Below, piece by piece: positions 12,150-24,332 of a DNA stretch of 64,000 nucleotides; positions within the stretch are counted from its first letter, which is position 1; every line of letters begins with the position of its first letter. Source of the DNA: Octopus sinensis (Eukaryota). The stretch is taken from the NCBI RefSeq assembly GCF_006345805.1, contig NC_043008.1, forward strand, positions 69,564,001 to 69,628,000. The letters run 5' to 3'. Made by a program: the position numbers and the translations under genes. The notes below the pieces were generated by a model. It worked only from the letters and a program-made list of their open reading frames with translations. It searched no databases and was not told where the DNA came from.

Positions 12150-12641
12150 AATATTAGGTGCTTGCATGTTGTTGGTTGTTTAGCTGGTTTGCTGCTGTTG
12201 TTGTTGTTGTTGTTGTTGTTGGAGTTAGAGACGGTGGTGGTGGTGGGGTTGTGTGTGTGTGTGGGGGGGGGGGTAGTGTTATTATTGCTTGCCATTGCTG
12301 GCGGTGTTGGTGTTAGTGGTGATGATGAGGATGGTGATCGTGATATTTGTGGCTGTGTTGCTGCTCTTGTTATTGTTGTTGTTGTAGTTTGTGGTGGTAG
12401 TGGTGGTGGTGGTGGTGGTGGTGATGGTGGTAGTGTTATTTTTTACTATTGCTGGTGATGTTGGTGTTAATGGTGACAATGATGATGATGGTGATGGTGA
12501 TGGTGGTGGTAGTGGCAGAGGTGTTGGTGGTGGTGGTGATGGCACTGGTGATCTTGCTTGTCAATGTGCAATTGATTTTGTTGTTGTTGGTGTGGCTGTA
12601 GTTATTAGAGGTAGTGGTAGCTGCAGTAGTGGGTGGTAATG

Positions 12642-12693
<52 letters not shown>

Positions 12694-12731
12694 CAGCAGT
12701 AGCAGTTGTAGTAGTAGTAGTAGTAGTAGTG

Positions 12732-12781
<50 letters not shown>

Positions 12782-13060
12782 TTTAGTAGTAGTAGTAGTA
12801 AGGGTGATGTTGGTGGGGGTGAGTCAAGTTGTGATGTTGTATGTGATGGTGGTGGTTTAGGATGTACTTTTGGTCTTGTGAGTGGTGGTGGTAGTAGTGA
12901 TTGTCATGGTGGTAATGGTGATAGTGAAGGTGGTGCAGAAGTGGTAGTGTTTGATGTTGATGCCGGTGGTTGTTGTTGGTATATTGGCAGTAATGGTGTG
13001 GTGGAAGCTGGTTAAGGATGATAAGCTGTTGTTGTTGTTGTTGTTGATGATGATGTTAGA
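12150..13060. repeat. Compound trinucleotide low-complexity tract (GTT/GGT/GAT/GTA)
   Basis: Runs of (GTA)n, (GGT)n and (GTT)n; source of the poly-V/S/G ORFs. Confidence 0.92.
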
Positions 13061-13414
13061 GGTAGTGAAAAAGAAAGTATAAAAGGGAAATAAAGAGAGA
13101 AAGAAAGAACGAAAGAAAGAAGGAAAGAAAGAAAGGGATAAAGTATGGAAGGACAGAAGAACAGGAGAGACCTAAAAAGCCTGCAGATGCATAGAGAAAA
13201 AGAGGAAGCATTTAAAAAAAAAAATGAAAGAATTGAGAAGAAAAACGTAAAGAAAATGTGAATAAATATATAAAGCAAAGGAAGAAAAATACTATAAAAC
13301 AAAAATAATGGTAAAATGTAAAAAACAGAAACAAGAAATTGGGAGATGGATTTGAACTCAGAAATATAAAATAGAAGTTTAGCTGTTCTAATGGTTCTTA
13401 CATTGAGTGCAGAA

Positions 13415-13469
<55 letters not shown>

Positions 13470-13472
<3 letters not shown>

Positions 13473-13665
13473 GGCAGCAAGCTGGGCAAAATGCATAGTG
13501 GTATTTCGTCCGTCAGTACAATGAGTTCAAATCCCACGAAGGTTGACTTTACCTTTCATCGTTTCAGGGTCAATAAATTAAGTGCCACTGAAACACTGGG
13601 GGGTCAATGTAATCGACTAGTCCCTTACCCATAAATTTCAGGCCTTGTGCCTTTAGTAGAAAGGA
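13470..13665 (+). mobile_element. tRNA-derived SINE, family D (GGCGAGCTGGCAGAATCG...GAGTTCAAATTCCGCCGAGGTCGAC type)
   Basis: A-box and B-box-like motifs plus TTTCATCCTTTCGGGGTCGATAAAATAAGTAC. More than 15 copies or fragments in the window. Confidence 0.8.
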
Positions 13666-13890
13666 TTATTATAATTAATAAAAATATTACTGTTTCTAAG
13701 TCTCTCTAACGGAGACTACGGCAGCAGTACTGGATGTTAACAGTTATCACCAAGCTAATATGGCAGTCCATAAATATAGGACATAAGATGCTGTTGATTC
13801 ACTCCAAGAGGCCATCACCTCTAGCTAGCTATATGACACACAAACCTATGTTCATTATAACCTTTGAACAGGGGAGGTCAGCCACTTCCC

Positions 13891-13930
<40 letters not shown>

Positions 13931-13931
<1 letters not shown>

Positions 13932-14560
13932 GGTTTGGCTCAGGTTCAGTTTTATTCCTGTTAGGAATTATGTGGATACTGGGTTACTACCTGTAACCTT
14001 AGGTGTCCACAAGTTTTTATCAGTCTTTGAAGCGCTTAGAACCCTCCTGATAATCCTTGCTGTCCTTAAAAGACAAATTTTCTGTAGGAGCTCTACCGGG
14101 CATTCTCTTTCAATCTCCTCCAGCCATTTGTCTACATCTTCGCTTACTGTCCCCCAGCACACCAATTATTATAGGTATGACATTTACTGTTCTCATGCCC
14201 CAAATCCTTCTTATTTCAAATATTAAGTGATTGTATTTTTTTTTTTTTTGTTTTTCCCCTTCTTTCTTTATGATTCTGGAATCAAGCAGGCATGATGGGT
14301 CGAAAAGTAAGCATCTTTGCTTTTCCCTATCTATAATCATTATGTCTGGTCTATTATTTTTTAATTTTTTGTCCGTTTTAATAGGAAAGTCCCTCAAAAT
14401 CTTGTATTTCTCTGACTCCAGTACTTTTACAATTCGATGATTATACCATGTGTTTCTAGCTTCAGATCCCCATTTCTAGCACAATTTCCAGTGTATAGCT
14501 TTTACAACTTGGTCATACCTCCATTTCTTATATTCTTCCTGTGCCAACTTGAGGCATTCA
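13931..14560 (-). mobile_element. Dong/R4-clade non-LTR retrotransposon 3' end (restriction-like endonuclease, RLE, domain), decayed
   Basis: Minus translation ECLKLAQEEYKKWRYDQVVKAIHWKLC*...ILRDFPIKTDKKLKNNRPDIMIIDREKQRCLLFD...EIRRIWGMRTVNVIPIIIGVLG, then a frameshift to LLQKICLLRTARIIRRVL. This gives the RHD-like and NRPD motifs. The 3' end runs into (TAA)n at 13894-13930. Confidence 0.85.
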
Positions 14561-14869
14561 ATGAAAAATAAAAAAAACGGAACTGGCATTTTCTGTAAGT
14601 CATACATTTTTATTGACATATCTCAATAAAAAATAGTTTTAAACATGACATTTTTCGACCAAAGATACATTGATAAACCACTCTCTACAGTTAAGGGCAA
14701 TGAAATTTTGATGGGTATATCGAATTTCCATGGTAAAAGAGTTAAAATTTGTCAAACTTATAATTTTGAAGGAAATAAATAAAGAAAGAAAGAAAGAAAG
14801 AAGCTTAAGGATTGGAAGAGAACGTTGTAAGTTTGATGAACCAACTACCAGGATACCAGCCAATATATT

Positions 14870-15025
14870 AAGAATGTCTGTTTGGTAAGAGGTTAGATTC
14901 CAAACCATATGGCTCTAAGTTCAGACTCACTGTGTGACACTTCAGGAAAGTAGCATTTACTATAACCCAGGCTGACCAAAATCTTGAGAATGGATCTAGT
15001 AGACAGAAGCCAAAAGTAGCCCATT
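14870..15025 (+). mobile_element. Diverged SINE family A head
   Basis: TGGTAAGAGG...AGTTCAGACTCACTGTGTGACAC...GCTGACCAAAATCTTGAGAATGGATCTAGTAGACAGAAGC. Confidence 0.6.
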
Positions 15026-15944
15026 GTGTGTGTGTCTGTGTGTGTGTATACATATATATATGCATATATGAATTTGTATATGTACATGAGACATAATGTG
15101 TGTGTGTATATGTGTGTGTATATGTGTGTGTGTATATGTGTGTGTGTGTTTGTATCTCTTTGTCTAGACGTCATGTGATAGTTGTAAATGATGGTCGCTG
15201 TCATATAAGCAGTGTCATTTATTTCTGATATTCTGAGGGAACATGTCTGGCCAGAGTGTAAATATTACCTTTATGAGGAACAGGTGAGCATTAGTGGCAG
15301 GAAGAACACCTGGCTGCAGAAAAATCTACTTCAATAAAGTCAGTTTGACGCAAATATGTATAAGATAGTGGACATTAAAATGATGGTGATGATGATGACA
15401 ATGATGATGACAACGACAACGATGATAATGATGATGGTGGTGATTGTGTTGGTGGTGTTGTTGTTGTTGTTGGTGGTGGTGTTGTTGTTGTTGGTGGTGG
15501 TGGTGGTGTTGTTGTTGTTGTTGTTGTTGTTGTTGGTGGTGGTGTGGCAACACCCACATACACATCTGTAAGCTTTCTTTTATAATTTAGATTTAAATTA
15601 CTTAATGAATTGCTAAAAGCAAAAAATGATGACAACGGTGGTATGTTCGAAACGTTTGTTTGTGCAAAACAACATAAATGAGAATAATTTAAATTTTAAA
15701 TAATTAAAGCTCGTTTCACAATTATTGGAATTGAAATAAAGTGGTTTAGGAGGAAGGGAAAAAATGTGTTATATATTTTTTTACTCAAAAATCTCACAAA
15801 TTGAAGTAGGCTTTCGTGATCATGGAAACTGGCAGTTTTCTGCATCACGCACCATCACTATAGCTACATCATACTATCTGTTTATCTATCTGTATAGGAC
15901 TGTACAGTATCTCTCTTTCTCATATATATATATCCATTTAGCTA

Positions 15945-16002
<58 letters not shown>

Positions 16003-17151
16003 CCTGTTGGTCTATTTATCTAGCTATCTCTCTACCTGTCTGTCTGTGTGTCTATCACTTAAATTTAACAGCTAGAAACGATAATTATATCTTCATTAAC
16101 CTCAATTACCACACCTCTTCTCTCCTCTCTCACCACTCCGCACCCCTCTCACCCCCTTTCAAATTCTCCCTCACCCCTCTCACTTCTCTCTCTCCTCTTC
16201 CTCCTCTCACTCCCCCCTCACTCTCTCTCTCTTTCTCTCCCTTTTCCCTCCCCACTTCTGTCAGTATTATTGTTACAAGACCAAACAGTTATCGTTTGAA
16301 AATGTCTTTTTAATTATATTGTGTTCGTCACACACAGGCAAAAAAAAAAACATTCTTTCTATTGAAGATTACTTTAAATATTTTTTCTTCTTCTAGTTTC
16401 TGTTGTTGTTGTTGTTGTTGTATGGGTGTGGGGTGGCTGTAATTGTTGTTGTTTTTGTGGAAGTTTTATTGTTATTATTTGCTCTTTTTTTCTAACGTTT
16501 ACGCATTACTTCAACCTCACAATCTTGATGCCACCTTCACAGCCAGTTTACTACCACCTTTACCAACGCAACTACTACCACCACAACCACAACTACTACA
16601 ACACACCTCGCTACCGTAAACAGCAATATCACCACCACAAGTACTACCACCTCTACAGTACATCTCTACTACCATAGCTACCATTCCAACAGCAATATAC
16701 CTCCACTACCATAAACAACAACACTACCACAACTACCACTACTATGACTATTCCCAGCATTATCACTACTACTACTAGCACTGTACAGGTTATCACTGCT
16801 ACTACCATAACCACTACCACCACCACCACTACCATTTCCACCGTCGCCACCACCATTATCAACTATATTGCATGCTGAGTATTCTGACAACGAAGAATTG
16901 ACCCAGTGCAGTATCATGGACTAGTCTGTATATGCTACAGACTCTCTGCTCTGTGTGTGAGTCTGTTCGGTGCTGATCACAGCAGAAGTGGGCAAAGTTG
17001 GACTCTTTTAGATCACATAAGTCGCCCTTCTTCAGCGCTTAACTTCAATGATGTGCAGCACTGCACGGAGTTGCAGTTTATGACGCTTATTGATGTTGCT
17101 GCATCTGTTATTTTGTGTGATTGGAGTGAGGGCAAGAGAGAGTGTTTTCAT

Positions 17152-17660
17152 TTTTTTTGTGATGGTATTGTAGAGGTGCTTAAATGCTGTAGCAGGGACT
17201 GTTTCAGTTGTAGTAGCTTTTCCATAGAAGCAGAAATGGACCTGCACCACTGTATGGTCCTGTTTTTTTGTGACAATACAGAGGTATTAGCGTGTAGCAA
17301 CAGAGATTGCTTGCATTGTAGTAGCTTTGCTCAGGAAAAAGATACAGCTCTATGCCATTGAATGTTCCTGTTTTTTTGTGATGATAAAAAGTTATTTGTG
17401 TGAAGTAGCAGAGACTGTGTGTGTAGTTGTAGATTTGCTGTGGAAACAGAAATGGCCCCATGCCATTGTATATTCCTAGTTTTTAATGATGATGAGATGA
17501 TGATGCAGATGTATTTGTGTGTAGTTGCAGAGATTGCTTGTGCTGAGGAAACAGAAAGAGCCCTCTGCCATCACGTTTCTGTTCTTTTTTTCATGATGGC
17601 ATTGTAAAGGTATTTGTGTGGTGTAGCGGAGACTGTTTAGTTGTGGGAAGCTTATGATAG
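17152..17660. repeat. Degenerate 108-111-bp tandem repeat, ~4.5 copies
   Basis: Units start at TTTTTTTGTGA-like anchors near 17152, 17263, 17371, 17479 and 17587. Confidence 0.85.
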
Positions 17661-17707
17661 TGTGGCTGTATGCTGAACTGTATTCTTTGTTGGATTTTTG
17701 TTAATGG

Positions 17708-18060
17708 AAATATCAGGATCCCAAGCAGGATTGAAATATTAAGGTCCCAGGCAAGACTAGAATATTAGGGTCTCCGTAGGACTAGAATATTGGAGTTTTA
17801 CGAAGGACTGAAATATTAGGGTTCCAAGTTAGACTGGAATATTAGGTTCCAGGTATGAATGAATTATTGAGGTCCCAGGTAGGACTGAAATCAGGATTCC
17901 AAGCAGGACTGAAATATTGGGGTTCCATGTAGGACCAAAATATTAGGAATTCAAGCAGAACAGAATTATTACGGTCCCAGAGAATACAGTAATATTGGGA
18001 CCTCAGCACTAGGACTGAATTATAGGGGCCACAGGTAGGCTTGAATTTTTGGTATTTTGA
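17708..18060. repeat. Minisatellite, ~25-26-bp unit (GAAATATTAGGGTCCCAGGCAGGACT-like), ~13-14 diverged copies
   Basis: AATATT and GGACT motifs recur at a ~25-bp period. Confidence 0.85.
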
Positions 18061-19150
18061 AATAACTAGGCACAATAGCACTGATTATTATGCTACTGCA
18101 CACATACATTATATACACCCATTATGTAGATACCTACACTACATCTAGTACACACCTGTACTACTGGATATTTATATTACTACTGTTTTCGACTAACAAT
18201 AAAATTATCAGTTAAAAATTGTAACCAATGTTTCTCTAATGATAACCTGCAGTCTTGGGAATAGAGATGACATTATGGATAAAGTAGTTCTATAATACAA
18301 CTGAAAAGACAGTGAAGTCATGGTTGGAGTGTCTTTAGTCGTATCTGCTGAATCAGGACTTACCTGAGGCTAAACAGCAATAAAACAAGCTAATGTTGAA
18401 ACAATCACAGCATCACACCTCACAACATCTCACAGTGCCTCACAATGCTACACAACACCACACACCACTAAACAACGACACATGACACCACAGTGTATCA
18501 TACTACATAGACAACACATTACAACACACACACATCACAATACACAGCACAACACAACACTAAAACATTACACAACACCACACATTGCAGTACACTAAAC
18601 AACATTGCACCACATCTCATTTCCCCACACAATACAATATACCACTCCACACCGTACTCCATACTCCATTACATCACAAGACACTGCTCTTCTCTGCACC
18701 ACACTACACACCACAGTTACATTACAACCAATTATATCCCCCACCACCTTCCATACCAATTAACTGTTCTGCACTAATGAGAGAAATAGTTGTTACAAAA
18801 GAAGAGAGTGCTGAGTGGCATGCCGGCCTAATTGCCTGGTGGTATTTAGTAATATCCGTTTTGCATTATGAGTTCAAACCCCGTTAGGATCGTATTTGTC
18901 TTCCGTATATCAGCGGTCGATAAAAGTAGTTGCAAGCATGTTATTAGAATTGATTTCTTCAACTCTATGGCTTCTCTACATGGTTCTAGTCTTTAGGCGA
19001 TATAAGAAATCAATATACATACATATATATACATACACAGACAGACAGACAGAAAGACAGACAGACAGACAGATAAATAGATAGATAAATAGATAGATAG
19101 ATAAATGGAGAAGTGTATGTATATGGGCACTGTGTATATATATATGTGTG

Positions 19151-19193
<43 letters not shown>

Positions 19194-19409
19194 AGACTTA
19201 GGATATGTTGAAAGATATGTTGAAGTACATGTATATATAGAAAGACTTAAGAGAATAAGTTGAAATCATTTGAGCACTACAACGTACTTTTTGATATCAA
19301 GCATCTCTGGAGTTCACCTGTCAATTCTGTATATACAGTTATGTATACATGTATATATGCATAACTATGATTTTAGTACATGTACTGCTTTGGCAGTACA
19401 TATATCCTA

Positions 19410-19935
19410 AAATTATACAGAAGAGAAATCGTGTACAGTTGTAGAAATCAGCTGCCCAGCGGATGTTGACATAATACTATAGATCTGCGAAAAAGAAAAC
19501 ACCTATATTGAACTATAGCTATTCTTTCCAGGTTACAAGTTCAGGCTTATACCTGTAATTATTGAGGCACTGGGATATGTAACACACTGTCTAAATACCA
19601 ATCTTGAGAAATTAGGTTTCTCAAAACCAGAAAAGAGAAAGCTGATTCAAAGACTACAGATCCAATCCATCACTAGAACTGTAAAAGTCTGTAAAACTTA
19701 CCAGAAGTTTATTATTTAACTATATGTGAGCATGTCTAGATTTGCAACTATATGCATGGGATTGCATACATAAAACAAAATGTACAAATCTGCACATATA
19801 CATACATACAAAAGTATCTTGTTGACGTTGTTGAAATTCCAATGAAGGAGCTTTGGATCTAGGTTAGAAACTGGTTCTTTCTCTATTATTGTCAAGAAAT
19901 CTTGAAATAAAACTGAATAATGACATACACACATT
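19410..19935 (+). mobile_element. RLE-type non-LTR retrotransposon 3' end from a second family, with a (CATA)n-like tail
   Basis: 19420-19719 translates EEKSCTVVEISCPADVDIIL*ICEKENTYIEL*LFFPGYKFRLIPVIIEALGYVTHC...QIQSITRTVKVCKTYQKFII*. This matches the RLE C-terminal layout (EISCP.D...EK...Y..L...IPVIIGALG). Confidence 0.8.
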
Positions 19936-20299
19936 CATACATACAGACGGCAGACATCATTTCAGCTTCTTTCTACCAAATCCACTGACAAGGCTTTGGT
20001 TAGATCAAGGATAGAGTAGAAATACTTTCTCAAGGTACCATGCAGTGAGACTGAACCAAAGACCACATAGTTGGGAAGTAACTTGACTTTCTCAAATCAC
20101 AATTTTCTGGCTTTAAAGAAAGGACACATTAGACAGTGTAGTGTCTGAAATGTAAAAAAGATGGGATGGTCACAGATGGAAAGCTTCTGTTCATAACGGA
20201 TTTACTAGATCAGATCTCATTTGGAAGTAAACAACTGTTTTTAATATAGGTACCAGGTCAGAAAAATGCCTAGGGGCCTGAACATGTGGCCTATATTGT

Positions 20300-20820
20300 C
20301 CCAAGTACTTGATTGTTACTTTATTCCATTGACCCCCGAACGGATGAAAGGCATAGGTGACCTAGGTGGGATTTGAACTCGGAAAATAATCATACTGCAA
20401 TGTATTTATCTACTGAAACAATTCTGCTAATTCACTATTATTTATTGGTACTTTATTTTTATCGACTCTCCGAAACGATGAAAGGCAAAGGTGACCAGGT
20501 GGGATTTGAACTTGAAACATAACCATACTGCAAAGTACTTTGTCCGATGTTGCAGCGATTCTGCCAAGCCACTGCTATTACATACTGGTACTTTATTTTT
20601 ATCGAACCCCCAAGAAGATGAAAGGCAAAGTTGAACTTCGTGTGATTCGAACTTGGAACGTAAAAAAGCTTAAGCAAATACGGAAAGATTTTTTGTCCAA
20701 TGCGTTAATGGTTCTGCCAATCTACAGCTCTTCTTGATTGGTACTTTACTTTATCGGCCTCAAAAGGATGAAAGGCAAAGTTTAACCCGAGCGGGATTTG
20801 AACCTAGACCGTGAAGTGCC
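20300..20820 (-). repeat. Four head-to-tail truncated SINE family D copies, ~140-150-bp period
   Basis: Units start GGTACTTTATTTT-like at ~20305, 20446, 20588 and 20740, each with GATGAAAGGCAAAG...GGGATTTGAAC. Confidence 0.8.
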
Positions 20821-20894
20821 CACCATCATTCTTGGAAGTAAGCAATAAAAAGACAAATATACACACACACAGCAACAACTTAATTTTCTCCCAT

Positions 20895-21612
20895 TGTGGG
20901 GTCCTAGGATGTTAAAGAGCCAGGGAGTCATTAAGTAAGTCAAGGGTCGACAAAGTGGTCAATATTGAACCTTGGGATGCTTGTGCGGCTAATCAAGGGA
21001 TACAATTTTGAGCATTATATATGCTGAATTATTAGCAAACGCTTTTTGTTTCCTTTCTAGCATGGATAATATTCGATTTTTAAAAATCCATCTGATAAAA
21101 CAAAAAGAAAATTCAAAATGCCTTAACAGATGCCAGGTCATTGACATACACATAGGAGACATGAAGTGCCAATTGATGCACACCTTTCGTGACAGAGACG
21201 TTCGAGATTAGAATGTATTTATTGCCTATTTACAACAGAGTGATGTCAATGGTTTGACAATTTTGAATTTATTCCTTTTCTTTTCTTATTTAGCACTCAT
21301 AATGGCAACCCTTGATAATGAGGACAAAGACAGGCGGTATTCGTGTGGGTATTCAAAATTTGGATTTATACCATTATTTACCAAAAGAAAAAAAAAAACA
21401 ATGCCTACGTGTCTCTTATATGAAAAACTTTCCGTTATAATGTCTTGAAGCCTACAAAGATGAGAGACCATGTCGTAAAGGTTCGCTTTGATAAGATAAA
21501 ATTAAAATCGTATTGTTTTTAGGGCGATGGGAGAAAAGATATGACTTAACAAATACTTTTTAAATTAAAAGCTTATATGATGAGGGCTCATAGGTTATTA
21601 ACAATTCCCTAA
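20895..21612 (+). mobile_element. hAT (Buster/Charlie-type) transposon 5' fragment with decayed transposase N-terminus
   Basis: KDRRYSCGYSKFGFIP...MPTCLLYEKL, then a frameshift to NVLKPTKMRDHVVKVRFDK. This resembles the RQY..EYLKFGFI...P.CLLC....SNEAMKP..L..HL...H BED-finger region of Buster transposases. Confidence 0.7.
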
Positions 21613-22059
21613 ATGGATCAATGATATACAGTGTATTTCGGGACGCCACAGGTTTACTCCCCAGCTCAAGTCAGCGAAGCTAGACCCGGTGGACGATAAA
21701 AGGCCGGATGGTATGGCAATTTTTCCGTTTCGTGGCGGTGGGCTCTTCATCGGGGATGCCACATGCTGTGACACCTTCTCCAATGGCAACTTGGTGTGGT
21801 CAGCTACCAGTCCAGGCTCCGTTGCTTGCCAGGCTGAGAAAAGCAAACTATTAAGGTATCAGTTACTATCCAATAGATTTATGGTCGAGCCGGAGTCTCC
21901 CGGACCATATCCCAGCTCACCATTATCAGGGCGGAGATAGCTGTCCGCAAGTGCCAGCTCCGTGAATCACAGTGGCTGTTCCAGCGCATCTCCCTCGCCA
22001 TCCTCCAGGGTTACACTTTTCCCATTTTGTTTGCCGGGACCATGAGAAATGTTTCTTAA
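21613..22059 (+). mobile_element. CRE-clade non-LTR retrotransposon 3' fragment (RLE domain)
   Basis: DDKRPDGMAIFPFRGG.LFIGDATCCDTFS...ACQAEKSKLLRYQLL, then RESQWLFQRISLAILQGYTFPIL*. These are the RPDG/WDATC.DT and WLFQRISLA.QRGN-type motifs. Confidence 0.8.
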
Positions 22060-22993
22060 TGAAGGACCCCTGATGGAGACGTTGAAAAGATCTGACAGCT
22101 AACAGAGACCCATAAATAACCTGTTAAAAGTCCATGAGGATGTAGCAAAGAAGAAGAAACACCGTCACGACAGCAATAACATCAACAATAATCTTCACAC
22201 TCTCAGAATCTCGCTCCATCCTAGTTTATTAGCCAACGCAGTATTTAATGTAAACTGTAAATTTTGAAAAATTCGATTTGTATACCGGAAAATACGGTAA
22301 GAAGTTTGACAACCCTTGAAGTGGGAGGTACGGAGTAAAAAAACAGGTGTCGTTGTTAGCAACGACGGTGAGAAACAGATGAAGTATGCTTTGGATTACA
22401 ATGCAGTTCTCAATTCTACCAGGGTATAAAATAATATTCACTGTAGGCAAGTATCCTGTCCAGTGTAGGAAGAACATTTCTTGCTTATCCGATTAATGCT
22501 ATTGAAATTTGAGATAAGCAACAAAAGATCTTATTGGAATTCTTGTGATTTCAACGAAAGGATTAGCTTAGCTTTTTATCCCAGTTCGAAATCTTGCAAG
22601 GAAAATGTTTTGTGGTGTTGATCTTGGAAGTTTGGCAAACTGCAGCAAATTATCTTGTGCTCCAAACACAATAAAACTTATCGATTTTCGATCTAAATTT
22701 GATAAAAGCTTAGACAAAAAAAAGTTAAACAAAAAATAACGTAACAAAAATTAGACAAAATAAAAACAAATGAAGAGAATCTTCCTAGTTGAATGCCAAT
22801 ACGGTTTCTTCAATTTATGGAGCTTTTTATCTCAAGATGCTTCTCTCTTTCTTTCTCTCTCTCGCTCTCTCTTTCCACACAAACACGCGCGCGTACACGC
22901 ACACACACACCACATACGATCTACATGAGAACAAGCAAGTTGAAGAAACACTCGACGAAAATTCAGAGGGAGAAGGAAATGGAGTGACAAAGG

Positions 22994-23027
<34 letters not shown>

Positions 23028-23454
23028 GGGAGAAAGAGGGAGAGAGAGGGAGTCAGAGAAATATAATAAAATAAATTTTAAGATAGAAAACAAATTACAA
23101 AAAAAATTGTAAATAAAAAAAGAGGGAAAAAATCAGTGAACAAAGAAATGCTAAAAAAAATGACGTTTTTTCATTTTTTCCCCCTTTTTGCTGTGATTGA
23201 TTATGTTAAACTCTCAATCACAGACGAGTTTTAAATGATTTTCCAAATTTTTATCATTTGATGCCGAAACTCGAATTTTTCCAACCATCCCTCTAATGTA
23301 TCTGAAATAAGAAATTGGTGAATGCTTCTTGAAGTAAATTCTTCTACAATAACATCACGAAACATTTCGCATTGGAAAGCTAGATTTAATTTAGTACTTT
23401 CTCCAACAAGAACATTTACCTTCGTAAAATAGCTGCAGGCCTTATTACTATTAC

Positions 23455-23515
<61 letters not shown>

Positions 23516-23715
23516 TATTACTATTATTAGAAGCAGCACCAACACCAGCTGAATGGAATTGGTGTAGTGGAGAAATGGGGAAGAAAAGAAACTAAAATAA
23601 GGTGTGTTGGGATACACACACACGCACGCACACACACATATATGTAATACGCACCTGCATACATTTGTAAATATGTATGTGTACATATATATACATGCAT
23701 ACCTACCTACCTACC

Positions 23716-23773
<58 letters not shown>

Positions 23774-24287
23774 TGTGCGCATATATGTCTGCATGTATAC
23801 AAAAGGAGAGAGATGGTGATGATGATGATGCTGGTGCTGCTGCTGCTGCCGATGATGATGATGATGATGACGACGATGACGATGATGTGTGAAGAGATAG
23901 CTTAAGCTAGCTAGCCAGATAGACACATAAGCACATGGACTATCGCCATATAATTTAGGGAGGGTCCGTGTGCCTATGCAAGTGCACGCGTGTGTAAGGG
24001 AAGTTAGATTAGATAGATAGACAGCTATCTAGAAAGAGAGAGAGAGAGACCACATTGAGATGCTGTGTAGGTTTATAAACAAGATTAAAGTGATAAACAG
24101 ATTTATACCAATTTCGAGTCGGGTCTTTTATCAAATAAAGCATTTGCAACATGCAAAATGAATTTAAAACGATTTCTATCTAAAATGATAGAGCTTGAAG
24201 AATGCAGCTACTTTCACACGATTGTTATCATGTGTTTGGAGGTTTTACAACACTTTGGCGTGTTGGATTGAACATCCTGTATAAATA

Positions 24288-24332
<45 letters not shown>

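Noticed and set aside
17359-17403. Selenocysteine call for the two Cys-aligned TGA codons
   Set aside because: No SECIS identified and no evidence of transcription; TGT-to-TGA is a single substitution in TG-rich DNA. Kept only as a hypothesis in the findings.
17708-18060. ~26-bp periodic repeat as a possible CRISPR array
   Set aside because: Units are contiguous and degenerate with no unique spacers; eukaryotic context and no cas genes.
23231-23310. Minus-strand DTLEGWLEK...KIWK resembling a PH-domain start after a strong acceptor
   Set aside because: An in-frame stop follows immediately and there is no usable donor; probably coincidence.
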